64,000 bases of DNA, from contig CAVVLJ010000021.1 of NCBI GenBank assembly GCA_963749075.1, positions 512,001 to 576,000 on the forward strand. Direction: 5' to 3'. The position numbers and the translations under genes were made by a program. Shown piece by piece: positions 8,276 through 17,849 of the stretch (its first letter is position 1; the number at the start of each line of letters is the position of its first letter). The stretch is from an uncultured Pseudomonadota bacterium. GTDB lineage: Bacteria > Pseudomonadota > Alphaproteobacteria > JACZXZ01. A model generated the notes under the pieces. The model was not told the origin of the DNA, did no database searches, and saw only the letters and a program-made list of their open reading frames with translations.

Positions 8276-9343
8276 TCAGGCCGCCGCCTTCTTCCGGTTC
8301 GCATCGAGCCGCGCATCGACCAGGGCGACGATGGCGTCGATGACCGGATGGCTCAGGCCCTTCTCTTTGGCGATGAGCTGCACCAGCTTGTCGGCGCGCT
8401 CGATATTGGGCGCGCCGTTTTGCAGGGCGCGGGCGGCCGAAGCCGGACGCGTCAGGCTTTGAGCCGCGGCGGCGTATTTCTCGAACGGCACCAGGTCGCC
8501 CGGATCGGCGCCGAGCTTGACGCAGAGATCGTTGACGAAATTGTACACCGAGCGCGCGGTCTCGATGTCGCCGTGCACCGCCTCTTGCGCGGTGCGCATG
8601 CCGTCCTTGGTGACGCAGCGATAGTTGCCGGCGAGCAGCATCGCCCATTTGGCCAGCGGCACGAAGATCGAGTCGTGCACGCGCAGCTTCACGGGCAATT
8701 CGATCTCGCCTTCCGGCGTGGCGAAGCGCACCGCGTCGATGTCCTTTTCCAGCCGGCGCAGGATCGCGGTGCTGGCGTCGGAATCGAAACGCGCGACCTT
8801 GAAGTTGGTGGGCAGCGTCACTTGCAGCACGTTGACCTTCTCCTCCGGCGGGCGGATCGCCTGCGGGTCGGGGCTGCACAAGGTCAGGCAGCCGGGAGCG
8901 AAATTGTCCCACACGCTCGGGTCGGTATAGGCGGGCTTGAGCGTGTCCGCCTTCAGCCCCGGAATACGCTTCATGTAGGGCAGCGGCGGCATGTTCATGA
9001 TCGACATGCAGGGCTTCAGCGACCTGGCCACCGCGTCGAGCAGCTCGCGCACGCCGGGCGAGCGGTATTGCGGCTCCTGCATGGCGAGGCCGATGAGATC
9101 GAATTCCTTCGGATCGAAATCCTTGGTGCCGCCGGCGGAGACCTTGCCCGGCAGCTTCTGCGAATCGATCTCGATCGGCTCCTTGCGGCCCTTGACCGGC
9201 ATGCGCACGCGGAAGCCCTCGGCGTTGATCAGCTCGGCCTCCGCCGGCAGGCAGACGAGCTTCACGTTGTGCCCGCCGAACATCATCTTGGAGGCGAGCA
9301 GCGATCCGTAGGACGCGCCCATGATCAGGATGTTGTACGCCAT
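8276..9343 (-). CDS. Ketopantoate reductase-like NAD(P)-binding protein
   Basis: ILIMGASYGSLLA N-terminal Rossmann-like motif, LAMQEPQY; AGGGAG RBS. Confidence 0.65.
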   Translation of the reverse strand: MAYNILIMGASYGSLLASKMMFGGHNVKLVCLPAEAELINAEGFRVRMPVKGRKEPIEIDSQKLPGKVSAGGTKDFDPKEFDLIGLAMQEPQYRSPGVRELLDAVARSLKPCMSIMNMPPLPYMKRIPGLKADTLKPAYTDPSVWDNFAPGCLTLCSPDPQAIRPPEEKVNVLQVTLPTNFKVARFDSDASTAILRRLEKDIDAVRFATPEGEIELPVKLRVHDSIFVPLAKWAMLLAGNYRCVTKDGMRTAQEAVHGDIETARSVYNFVNDLCVKLGADPGDLVPFEKYAAAAQSLTRPASAARALQNGAPNIERADKLVQLIAKEKGLSHPVIDAIVALVDARLDANRKKAAA

Positions 9344-9542
9344 GGCCATCGACTCCCTTGTCGCTTCTGCGCAGACCTCGAGAAGGGCCGCTTTGTGCTC
9401 GGCCGTCGTCTTGTCGTCCACATAGACGGGCGCGCCCGAATTTCCCCTCCCACGGTTGCGCACGGACCGCGCGCCGTCGAGCGCCGGCCGCACTGCCAAC
9501 CCTACGCCGTTCGCTGGTTTGTGAACAGGCCCGCTCGAAAGG

Positions 9543-9578
9543 AAAAAGAAAACGGGCCGGGTGTCGCCACCCGGCCCG
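9543..9578 (-). terminator. Rho-independent terminator
   Basis: 11-bp stem cgggccgggtg/cacccggcccg with a 4-nt loop, followed on the minus strand by TTTTCTTTTT; downstream of the stop at 9601. Confidence 0.8.
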
Positions 9579-9600
9579 CGCGTCTCGCCGTATCGGCTGC

Positions 9601-10863
9601 TCAGCTCGCGGGCGCCTGCGGTGCTACGCCGATGTACTTGTACTGGTGGATGATGTCGTCGTCCTTATACTTCGGGTCGTGCCTGATCTGGAAGACGCTG
9701 ACCACCCGGCTGTTGATGTCGCCGTTCTGGTCGAACGAGATCTCGCCTTGGAGGGTCTTGACCTTGGAGGCCTGGATCGCGTCGCGGACGTTGGCGTGGG
9801 TCATCGGCTTGCCGCTTTCCGCCACGTGCTTGATGGCGTCGAGCACCACGGTCGCGGCGTCATAGGCCGTGATCGCGTAGTCGTCGGGCTGCGTGCCGTA
9901 CTTCTTGGCGAAGCGCTCCACCCAGCTCTGGACCGCGGGATCCTCGGTCACGTGCGGCGAGGCTTGCGTCGCGTAGAGACCCTCCGCCGCCGGGAAGCCG
10001 ACGGCCTTGAGATACTCGGGACCGAAGACCCCGTCACCGCCGGCCCGGATCATCTTCGGCATCACGTCGTAGGACTGCTTGACGAACTTGACCCCGGCAC
10101 CCGCGACGCCGCCGTAGTAGATGGCGTCCGGGTTCAGCGCCTTGATCTTGGTCAGCACCGTCGTGTAGTCCGCCTCCTTCGGGTTGAGCTGGTCGTGGCC
10201 CAGCACCTTGATGCCGATCTTCTTCGCCTGCCCCTCGAAGGCGTTGGCGATGCCGACCCCGTAGGCGCCCGAATCGTCCAGGATGTAGATCGTCTTCACA
10301 TGCAGCGCGTCGCGCATGTAGTTGGCCATGTTGGGGCCCTGGAAGGCGTCCGTCGTCACCGTGCGGAAATAGACCGCCTTGCCGGCCGGCCGGAACTGAC
10401 CGGCGAACTTCGGGTCGGTGATGTCCGGGTTGGTCGAGGACGGCGTCACCGTCGCCAGGTCGGCGGCGGAGAGGATCGGCGACATCGCCTTGCCCGAGCC
10501 GCTCATCTCCGGCCCCACGATCGCCACGACCTTCGGATCGGAGGCGAACTTCTTGGCATTCGTCGCGGCCTGGGCCGGATCGTACTGCCCCGCCGTCGCC
10601 GTGCCGTTGTCGAGCGTCATCATGTCGATCTTGTAGCCCGCCACGCCGCCCTTGGCATTGGCCTCGTCGATCGCCATCTCGGCGCCGTACTTGATGCGCG
10701 TCGCACCCTCCGCGTCGGCACCCGTGAGCGGCAGTGCGATGCCGATGGTGAGGCTCTTCTCCGCCGCTTGCGAGGGAACCGACCCCCCAAGCGCCGCCAT
10801 GGCCGCAAACAGGCCGGTGGCAACGGACGTTGCCATGAGCCTGCGACGATTTACGTGATGCAT
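9601..10863 (-). CDS. Branched-chain amino acid ABC transporter substrate-binding protein (Tat-like signal)
   Basis: NRRRLMA signal; IGIALPLTG, YFRTVTTDAFQG, DDSGAYGVG and DAIYYGG motifs. Confidence 0.9.
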   Translation of the reverse strand: MHHVNRRRLMATSVATGLFAAMAALGGSVPSQAAEKSLTIGIALPLTGADAEGATRIKYGAEMAIDEANAKGGVAGYKIDMMTLDNGTATAGQYDPAQAATNAKKFASDPKVVAIVGPEMSGSGKAMSPILSAADLATVTPSSTNPDITDPKFAGQFRPAGKAVYFRTVTTDAFQGPNMANYMRDALHVKTIYILDDSGAYGVGIANAFEGQAKKIGIKVLGHDQLNPKEADYTTVLTKIKALNPDAIYYGGVAGAGVKFVKQSYDVMPKMIRAGGDGVFGPEYLKAVGFPAAEGLYATQASPHVTEDPAVQSWVERFAKKYGTQPDDYAITAYDAATVVLDAIKHVAESGKPMTHANVRDAIQASKVKTLQGEISFDQNGDINSRVVSVFQIRHDPKYKDDDIIHQYKYIGVAPQAPAS

Positions 10864-11020
10864 GCTTGCTCCTCCCTCGCGAAAATCGATGATCGGTCGT
10901 TGCATTCCACTCGGGCCGCCCAAGGACGCGCGTCGGCATGCCCCTCGGCCGCCCGTTGCCGCCCATTCTGGCCAGGACGGAGGCGAGAGTCCAGCGCGGG
11001 TTGGCGGTTAGCCGGACTTC

Positions 11021-12010
11021 CTAGAGCCTGAAGATGCGCTCCGCATTGGCGCCCGCCACCGCCTTGCGCTGGCCCGCCGGCAGCGAGTTGACGCGGCCGA
11101 GGCAGCCCTTCATGTCGCCGATGTTGTGCGGCCAGTCGGAGCCGTACATGACGTTCGCCTCGCCGCCCACGTTGAGGCACATCGCGAGCGCCTCCTGCCG
11201 GTACACCACCGCATCGTAGTAGATGCGCGTCAGATACTCGCGCGGCGGCTCCGCGATCTTCTCGCGCACGGCGACCATGTTGTCGAAGCAGATGTCGAGG
11301 CGGCCCGCAAGATAGGGCAGCGCCGCACCGCCGTGCGACGCGATGATCTTGAGGGCGGGGTAGCGGTCGAGAAAGCCGTCGTAGATCATGCGCGCGATGG
11401 CGAGCGAGGTGTCGAACATGAAGCCGATCTGCGCCACCAGGTTGAAGCGCCGCATGTCGAGATGCTTGACGCCGGGAGGTGCCGTCGGATGCACCAGTAC
11501 GGGGAGCGCCCGGCGGTCGATCTCCTCCCAGATGGGGGCGAAGAGCGGGTCGGTCAGCGAGCGCTCGGCCACGTTGGCCAGCACGATCACGCCGACGGCA
11601 CCCTTGCGGCAGGCGCGCGTGAGCTCCCTGAGCGCCAGCTTCGGGTGCTCCCAGGGGAGCGAGGCGAGCCAGCGGATGCGCGCCGGATAGGCGGCTTGCG
11701 CCGCGGCCATGTCGTCGTTCACGAGCTGGGCCGCCTTGAGGCTGGTCTCGGCGTCGCCCCAATAGCAGTTGGGTGCGGTGAGCGAGACGATCGCCAGATC
11801 GACGCGCGCCGCGTCCATCTCCCTGATGCGCAGCTCGTAGTCGAAATGGCCGGGCTGCGGCGTCATGAAGGGCGCCCCGTCGGAATGGATGCCGAGGGGT
11901 GCCGGATAGTCCTTGCTGCGCTTCACCTCGAAGCGGGGCGCTCCCTTGGCCTTGATGAGCTCGAACCATGCCTGGCTCAGCATATGGGTGTGGACGTCGA
12001 TGACGCTCAT
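11021..12010 (-). CDS. Amidohydrolase_2 family protein (ACMSD-like decarboxylase)
   Basis: IDVHTH, LVHP, SHGGAALPYL, YYDAVVY and YGSDWPH motifs. Confidence 0.88.
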   Translation of the reverse strand: MSVIDVHTHMLSQAWFELIKAKGAPRFEVKRSKDYPAPLGIHSDGAPFMTPQPGHFDYELRIREMDAARVDLAIVSLTAPNCYWGDAETSLKAAQLVNDDMAAAQAAYPARIRWLASLPWEHPKLALRELTRACRKGAVGVIVLANVAERSLTDPLFAPIWEEIDRRALPVLVHPTAPPGVKHLDMRRFNLVAQIGFMFDTSLAIARMIYDGFLDRYPALKIIASHGGAALPYLAGRLDICFDNMVAVREKIAEPPREYLTRIYYDAVVYRQEALAMCLNVGGEANVMYGSDWPHNIGDMKGCLGRVNSLPAGQRKAVAGANAERIFRL

Positions 12011-12188
12011 GCGCTTCCTTCCCCTACGGCTTCGCGGCCGTTTCTTCCGGCCGGCGCCCGGCGCCGGCCTCACGGGCCGCAATTGTGGATGGCGGCAGCA
12101 TATCGCCCCGGCCCCGGCGCGGACAATCGCGATCGGCCGCAGCCCGGGCCGTGCTAAGCTCGAACGGGGGAGGGCGGAGGCGAGGCGG

Positions 12189-13208
12189 ATGCGGATTTGC
12201 GTCGTGGGGGCGGGCGCCATCGGCGGGGTGCTCGCGGTGCGCCTGGCGCTTGCCGGCGAGGAGGTGACGCTCCTCGTGCGCGGCGAAGCGCAGCGCAGCG
12301 CCATCTCCGAGGGCGGCCTCGCCCTCATCGAGGCCGACGGCAGCCGCCGCCTCGCCCGCGGCCTCGGCACCACGTGCGAGGCCGCAGAGGCGGGTCCCCA
12401 GGACGCCGTCATCCTCGCCGTCAAGGCGCATCACGTGGCTGCACTCGTCCCCGGCATCAGCAGCCTCTTCCACGCGGAGACCGTGGTGGTGACATTGCAG
12501 AACGGCATTCCCTGGTGGTATTTCCAGCGCTTGGACGGGCCGCACGCGGGCCTCAGGCTCGCCTCCCTCGACCCCGACGGCGCCATCGCCGCCGCGATCC
12601 CGCCCGAGCGCATCCTGGGTGCGGTGAGCTATATCGCGGCCGAGCGCCTGGAGCCGGCCTTAGTACGCCATGGCGGCGGCAACCGCCTTCCGCTCGGCGA
12701 GCTCGACGGCAGCCGAAGCGCGCGCGCCGAGCGCCTCGCGGCCACGCTCGCGCGCGCCGGCATCGCGGCACCGATCCTGCCCGACATTCGCGCCGAGCTC
12801 TGGCGCAAGCTGTGGGGCAACGCCTGCTTCAATCCGCTCGCGGCTCTTACCCATGCCACGATCGGGGGCATCACCAGCCATCCCGCGAGCCGGGCGCTCG
12901 TCGTCGCCATGATGGAGGAGCTCAGCACCCTTGCCGCCGGCCTTGGCGTCGATCTCGGCCAAACTGCCGCCGAACGCGTGGCGTCGGCCCTCGAGCGGGT
13001 GGCGCAGCACAAGCCCTCGATGCTGCAGGACGTGGAGGCCGGACGCGCGCTCGAGGTGGACGCCATCGCGGGCGCCGTCGTCGAGCTCGCCCATCTGACC
13101 GGCACGCCGCTGCCCCATTTCGCCGCCGTGCACGCCTGCGCGAAGCTGCTCGACGCCACCATTGCGGCGGAGCGCTGCGGCTTCGCACCGGTAGCTAGGA
13201 GCCATTGA
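12189..13208 (+). CDS. 2-dehydropantoate 2-reductase family protein
   Basis: VVGAGAIGG, LAVKAH, LQNGIPWW, WRKLWGN and KPSMLQD..AGRALEVDAI motifs. Confidence 0.9.
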   Translation: MRICVVGAGAIGGVLAVRLALAGEEVTLLVRGEAQRSAISEGGLALIEADGSRRLARGLGTTCEAAEAGPQDAVILAVKAHHVAALVPGISSLFHAETVVVTLQNGIPWWYFQRLDGPHAGLRLASLDPDGAIAAAIPPERILGAVSYIAAERLEPALVRHGGGNRLPLGELDGSRSARAERLAATLARAGIAAPILPDIRAELWRKLWGNACFNPLAALTHATIGGITSHPASRALVVAMMEELSTLAAGLGVDLGQTAAERVASALERVAQHKPSMLQDVEAGRALEVDAIAGAVVELAHLTGTPLPHFAAVHACAKLLDATIAAERCGFAPVARSH

Positions 13209-13217
13209 TGCGTAGCC

Positions 13218-13319
13218 CACCCCCCTCCCTAACCCTTCCCCTCAAGGGGGGAGGGGAAGTGCATAACATTGCCACAAGCTTCCCCCTCCCCCTCGAAGGG
13301 GGAGGGTGGGGAGGGGGTG
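13218..13319. repeat. REP-like inverted doublet (CCCTCCCCCTCAAGGGGGGAGGG type), copy 1
   Basis: Two inverted GC-rich hairpin units around a short spacer; same family at 28671 and 50535. Confidence 0.85.
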
Positions 13320-13443
13320 ACGCGCGCTTCACCGATGCTGAGCACTGCCCTGTGACTAGGCTCGCCTTAGGCCCGCCTTGAGATGGGACGGCAGGTGGCG
13401 GCCGATGCCGCCGGAGGGACGCGCCACGCGGATCGCGGGGGCC

Positions 13444-14124
13444 TCAGCTCTCGCTGCGCTCGCCCGCCTCGAAGAGCGAGAAGCGCACCGGGAGGACGGC
13501 GCGCATGCTGAGCTTGCCCTTGTCGTCCTTGGTGACGAGGGTGAGCTGCTGTGAATCGGCCATGCCCGCCGGAATCACCATGCGCCCGCCCGGCTTGAGC
13601 TGGGAGAGGAGCGGCGGCGGCACGAGCTCGGGTGCCGCGGTCACGATGATGCGCGAGAAGGGGCCGTGCTCCGGCCAGCCGTAATAGCCGTCGCCCAGCT
13701 TGAACTCGACGTTCCTGTAGCCGAGCCGCGCCAGGCGCGCGCGCGCCTCGCGCGCCAGCTCCTCGACGATCTCGACGGTATAGACGCGCTCGGCGAGCTC
13801 GGCCAGGACCGCCGCCTGGTAGCCGAGCCCGCTGCCGATCTCCAGCACCTTGTCGCCGCGCTGGACCTCGAGGAGATCGGTCATCAGCGCCACGATGAAG
13901 GGCTGCGAGATGGTCTTGCCATAGCCGATCGGGAGCGGCGAGTCGGCATAGGCGTATTGGCGCAGCTCGAGCGGCACGAAGTCGTGGCGCGGCACGCGGC
14001 CGAGCGCCGCCATCACCGCCGCATCGAGCGTCTCCTTGCCGATCTGCTCGCGGGCGAACTGGGCATGGGCCAGGATCTCCTGCACCATGACGGTCCGAAG
14101 GGCGTCGAATTGCGCATCGCTCAT
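13444..14124 (-). CDS. pcm: Protein-L-isoaspartate O-methyltransferase
   Basis: VPRHDFVP, LPIGYGKTISQP, LEIGSGLGYQAAVL, GDGYYGW and LKPGGRMVIP motifs. Confidence 0.93.
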   Translation of the reverse strand: MSDAQFDALRTVMVQEILAHAQFAREQIGKETLDAAVMAALGRVPRHDFVPLELRQYAYADSPLPIGYGKTISQPFIVALMTDLLEVQRGDKVLEIGSGLGYQAAVLAELAERVYTVEIVEELAREARARLARLGYRNVEFKLGDGYYGWPEHGPFSRIIVTAAPELVPPPLLSQLKPGGRMVIPAGMADSQQLTLVTKDDKGKLSMRAVLPVRFSLFEAGERSES

Positions 14125-14369
14125 GGGGACGGCCCTACCGCAGTCCGCGGCGCTCGTGCGCGCCGCACGCGCCGAGAGTTTAGGACGCCCGGCCATCGCT
14201 TTGCATCAGGAAAGCGCGGCCTCTCGGCGCGCGCCAAAGCGCCGCTCCCGCGCGATTGGGGCTTGAATTCCGCACGAGCTGCTTCCTACAAGTAGGCGAG
14301 GGCCCGAAGCCGATCCGACCTTGCCGCCCACTGGCGGCGATCCCGATGCACGCGCGGAAGGATGCGTGG

Positions 14370-17300
14370 ATGAGCGGTCTCAAGCTGGCGCACGGGATTA
14401 CCTTCGAGGCGCTCTACGCGCGCGAGGGCTGTCTTGCCCTCGACGAGCTCTTTTGCCGCCGGCTCGAGGCGGCCGATTTGACGCTTTTCAATCGGCTCAT
14501 GGCCGCGCGCGCGGCACCCGATGCGCTGGGCGACAAGGCCGAGGGCGATCTCGCGATCGCGCTGGCGCCGGAGCTCGAGGATTTCATCGCCGAGCTCTTC
14601 GGCATCGAGGCCGAACTGGCCCGCCTCGAGGCGGAGCATGAGCGCCTTGCCCCCCTCTATACCTGCAAGCGCCTCTTCGTGCAGCGCGACGCCGTGCGCG
14701 CCCACGGCGAGGCCCAGGCGGCGGCCTTCGACGGCGCCTCCTTGCGCGCCTCCCTCGACGCCCTCATCGGTTCCGGCTGGGACGAGCTCGTCTTTGCCAA
14801 AGCCGTGATGGCCTGGCGCGAGGACGAGACGGCCAACGCGGCACGTCTCGGCCTCGCGCGCCGCTATGCCGCCTGGGCGGTCTTCAGCGCCGAAGGCAAG
14901 GAGCGCTACCGAACGGGCGTCCTCTTCAAGGTGCCGCACAAGCTCGATTTCAACCGTCTCGTGCCGGTCGTGACCGAGAAACGCGACGGCTACGAGGCCA
15001 TGCGCGTCGATCTCCGCCACGCGCCGCGCCGCGAGGGCTTCGATCTCACGGACCATGGCGCCGACCTGACCCTCGGCCTCGACGACGCCAACTACTGCAT
15101 CTGGTGCCACAACCAGGGCAAGGACTCCTGCTCCAAGGGCCTCAAGGAGAAGCAGGGGCAAGGCTTCCGCAAGAGCGTCTTCGGCGTGACGCTGGCCGGC
15201 TGCCCGCTCGAGGAGAAGATCTCCGAGATGCACCTGCTCAAGGCGGAGGGCCATCCCTTGGGCGCCCTCGCCGTGGTCTGCGTCGACAACCCGCTCTGCG
15301 CGCTCACCGGCCACCGCGTGTGCAACGACTGCATGAAGTCCTGCGTCTACCAGCGCCAGGAGCCCGTGAACATTCCGCGCAGCGAGAGCCGCATCCTGGC
15401 CAACGTCCTGGCGTTGCCCTGGGGTGTGGAGATCTACGGCCTCCTCGGGCGCTGGAATCCGCTCGACCTGCGCCGGCCGGTGCCGAGGCCGGCAAGCGGC
15501 AAGAAGGTCCTCGTCGTCGGCCTGGGACCGGCGGGCTGCAACCTGGCGCACCATCTCATGAACGAGGGCCATACCGTCGCCGCCGTCGACGGGCTCAAGA
15601 TCGAGCCGCTCGAGCCGGCGCTTTCGGGCATCACGCAGGAAGGCGCGCGCGTGCCCTTTCAACCCGTCGAGCGCTTCGCCCAAATCCGCGAGCGCCTCGA
15701 CGAGCGCATCATGGCGGGCTTCGGCGGCCTCTCCGAGTACGGCATCACCGTGCGCTGGGACAAGAACTACCTCAAGGTCGCGCGCCTCCTCCTCGAGCGC
15801 CGCGCCGCCTTCCGCGCCTTCGGCGCCGTGCGCTTCGGCGGCACTCTCTCGGTCGGCGCGGCCTGGGCGCTCGGCTTCGACCACATAGCCCTCTGCGTCG
15901 GCGCCGGCCGGCCCACCATGCTCGAGGTGCCGAACGGCCTCGCGCGCGGCGTGCGCGCCGCCAACGACTTCCTCATGGGCCTGCAGCTCGGCGGGGCGGC
16001 GAAGCGGAACTCGCTCGCGGACCTCCAGCTCCGCCTCCCCGTGGTGGTGATCGGCGCCGGCCTCACCGCCGGCGACACGGCGACCGAATCGTTGGCCTAC
16101 TATCCGATCCAGGTGGAGAAGTTCCTCGCCCGCTACGAGGCGCTCTCGGCCGAAAGCGGCGAGGCGGCGCTCGCCGCCGCCTGGAGCGAGGAGGAGCGCG
16201 AGATCGCCCAAGAGTTCATGGCGCACGCGCGCGCCATCCGCGCCGAGCGCGAGGCGGCCGGGGTCGAGGGCCGGCCGGCGCGCATCCGCGAGCTTCTCGA
16301 CGCCTGGGGCGGCGTCACCATCGCCTACCGCCGCCGCCTCATCGATTCGCCGAGCTACACGCTCAACCACGAGGAGATCGAGAAGGCGCTCGAGGAGGGC
16401 GTCGCCTTCGCCGAATGCCTCCTGCCGCGCGCCGTCGAGCTCGACCGCCACGGCCACGCCAAGTCGATCCGCATGATGCGCATGGCGGCAGCCGCGGACG
16501 GCAAGCTCGCCGAGACGGGCGAGGAGGTGACGCTTCCTGCCAAGAGCATCCTCGTCGCCGCCGGGACCCGCCCCAACATCATGCTCGCCCACGAGGACGC
16601 CGCGCACTTCAAGCTCGACGGCCGCTATTTCCAGGCTCTCGACGAGGAGGGCCGGCCGGTCACCCCTGAGCGCGTCGCCAAGCCCGCGGTGGCGCAGGTG
16701 CTCGTGCACCTCGCCTCTGACGGCCGCGCCGTCAGCGCCTACGGCGACCTCCACGCCTCCTTCGCCGGCAACGTGGTGAAGGCGATGGCGAGCGCCAAGC
16801 GCGCCTATCCGCTCATCTCGCGCCTCCTCGCCAAGCGCCCGCCGTCCCGGATCGCCGAGGCGGATTTTTTCGCGCGGCTGAGCGAGGCCCTGCGCCAGCG
16901 CGTGGCAAGCGTGAGCCGGCTCGCCCCCGGCCTCGTCGAGCTCACCCTCGAGACACCCCTTGCGGCGCGAGCCTGGCGGCCGGGCCAGTTCTTCCGCCTG
17001 CAGAACTACGAGACGCTGGCACCACGGGCCGGAGAAACGCGCCTTGCCATGGAGGGCGTCGCGGCCTTTCCCTCGGCGGTCGACAAGGAGCGCGGCCTCG
17101 TCTCGCTCGTGCTCGCGACCGAGGGCGGCTCGAGCGTGCTCGCCGCCCTCCTCGAGCCGGCAGCACCCGTGGCCCTCATGGGCCCCAACGGCGCTCCGCT
17201 CGACCTGCCCGAGCGCGGCGCGGTGCTCCTCGCGGGAAGCGGCTTCGGCACGGCGGCCGTGATCCCGCTCGCGCGCGCCGCCAAGGAGCGCGGGCTCTCG

Positions 17301-17849
17301 ACGCTCGTCTTCGCGGGCTACGCCAGCGCCGATGGGCGCTTCATGGAGGCAGCGCTCGAGGCCCATGCCGATGCTGTGGTGTGGTGCAGCGAGAGCGGGC
17401 CGGCGGCACTACCCGGGCGCCCGTCGGACAAGAGCTTCGCGGGCGGCGTCGTCGACGCGATCCGCGCTTACGGCGAGGGCGTCCTCGGTGCCGCGGCACC
17501 GGCGCTCGGCGATATCGACCGCCTCATCGCACTTGGACCGGCAGCACTCTCGGCCTCCCTTGCCGCGGCGCGCGAGGGCGCTCTCGCTTCGCACTTCAAG
17601 CCCGACGCCATCCTCGTCGGCAGCATCGTCTCGCCCATGCAGTGCATGATGAAGGAGGTCTGCGGGCGCTGCCTGCAGCCGGTCAAGGACGCGGCGACGG
17701 GGGCGACGAGCCTCGTCTTCGCCTGCGTCGATGCCAACCTGCCGCTCGCACGCGTCGACACCGCCGCACTTGCCGAGCGGCTCGCCCAGAACGGCGTTGC
17801 GGAGAAGCTGACGCGGCGCTGGATCGCGCATTGCCTCGCGGCACCATGA
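14370..17849 (+). CDS. Large Fe-S flavoprotein: GltD/NfnB-like oxidoreductase fused to a PyrK/NfnA-like FAD/[2Fe-2S] domain
   Basis: CIWCH...CSKG...GCP and GHRVCNDCMKSC clusters; VVGLGPAG and VIGAGLTAGD; C-terminal PGQFFRLQ...MGPNG...SPMQCMMKEVCGRC...FAC. Confidence 0.85.
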   Translation: MSGLKLAHGITFEALYAREGCLALDELFCRRLEAADLTLFNRLMAARAAPDALGDKAEGDLAIALAPELEDFIAELFGIEAELARLEAEHERLAPLYTCKRLFVQRDAVRAHGEAQAAAFDGASLRASLDALIGSGWDELVFAKAVMAWREDETANAARLGLARRYAAWAVFSAEGKERYRTGVLFKVPHKLDFNRLVPVVTEKRDGYEAMRVDLRHAPRREGFDLTDHGADLTLGLDDANYCIWCHNQGKDSCSKGLKEKQGQGFRKSVFGVTLAGCPLEEKISEMHLLKAEGHPLGALAVVCVDNPLCALTGHRVCNDCMKSCVYQRQEPVNIPRSESRILANVLALPWGVEIYGLLGRWNPLDLRRPVPRPASGKKVLVVGLGPAGCNLAHHLMNEGHTVAAVDGLKIEPLEPALSGITQEGARVPFQPVERFAQIRERLDERIMAGFGGLSEYGITVRWDKNYLKVARLLLERRAAFRAFGAVRFGGTLSVGAAWALGFDHIALCVGAGRPTMLEVPNGLARGVRAANDFLMGLQLGGAAKRNSLADLQLRLPVVVIGAGLTAGDTATESLAYYPIQVEKFLARYEALSAESGEAALAAAWSEEEREIAQEFMAHARAIRAEREAAGVEGRPARIRELLDAWGGVTIAYRRRLIDSPSYTLNHEEIEKALEEGVAFAECLLPRAVELDRHGHAKSIRMMRMAAAADGKLAETGEEVTLPAKSILVAAGTRPNIMLAHEDAAHFKLDGRYFQALDEEGRPVTPERVAKPAVAQVLVHLASDGRAVSAYGDLHASFAGNVVKAMASAKRAYPLISRLLAKRPPSRIAEADFFARLSEALRQRVASVSRLAPGLVELTLETPLAARAWRPGQFFRLQNYETLAPRAGETRLAMEGVAAFPSAVDKERGLVSLVLATEGGSSVLAALLEPAAPVALMGPNGAPLDLPERGAVLLAGSGFGTAAVIPLARAAKERGLSTLVFAGYASADGRFMEAALEAHADAVVWCSESGPAALPGRPSDKSFAGGVVDAIRAYGEGVLGAAAPALGDIDRLIALGPAALSASLAAAREGALASHFKPDAILVGSIVSPMQCMMKEVCGRCLQPVKDAATGATSLVFACVDANLPLARVDTAALAERLAQNGVAEKLTRRWIAHCLAAP

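Noticed and set aside
14286-17366. Very long antisense or alternate-frame ORFs (e.g. 1026 aa here, also 9358-11031, 44379-45989, 61781-63574)
   Set aside because: Shadow ORFs of GC-rich genes; they have no motifs and the overlapping frame carries a recognisable protein.
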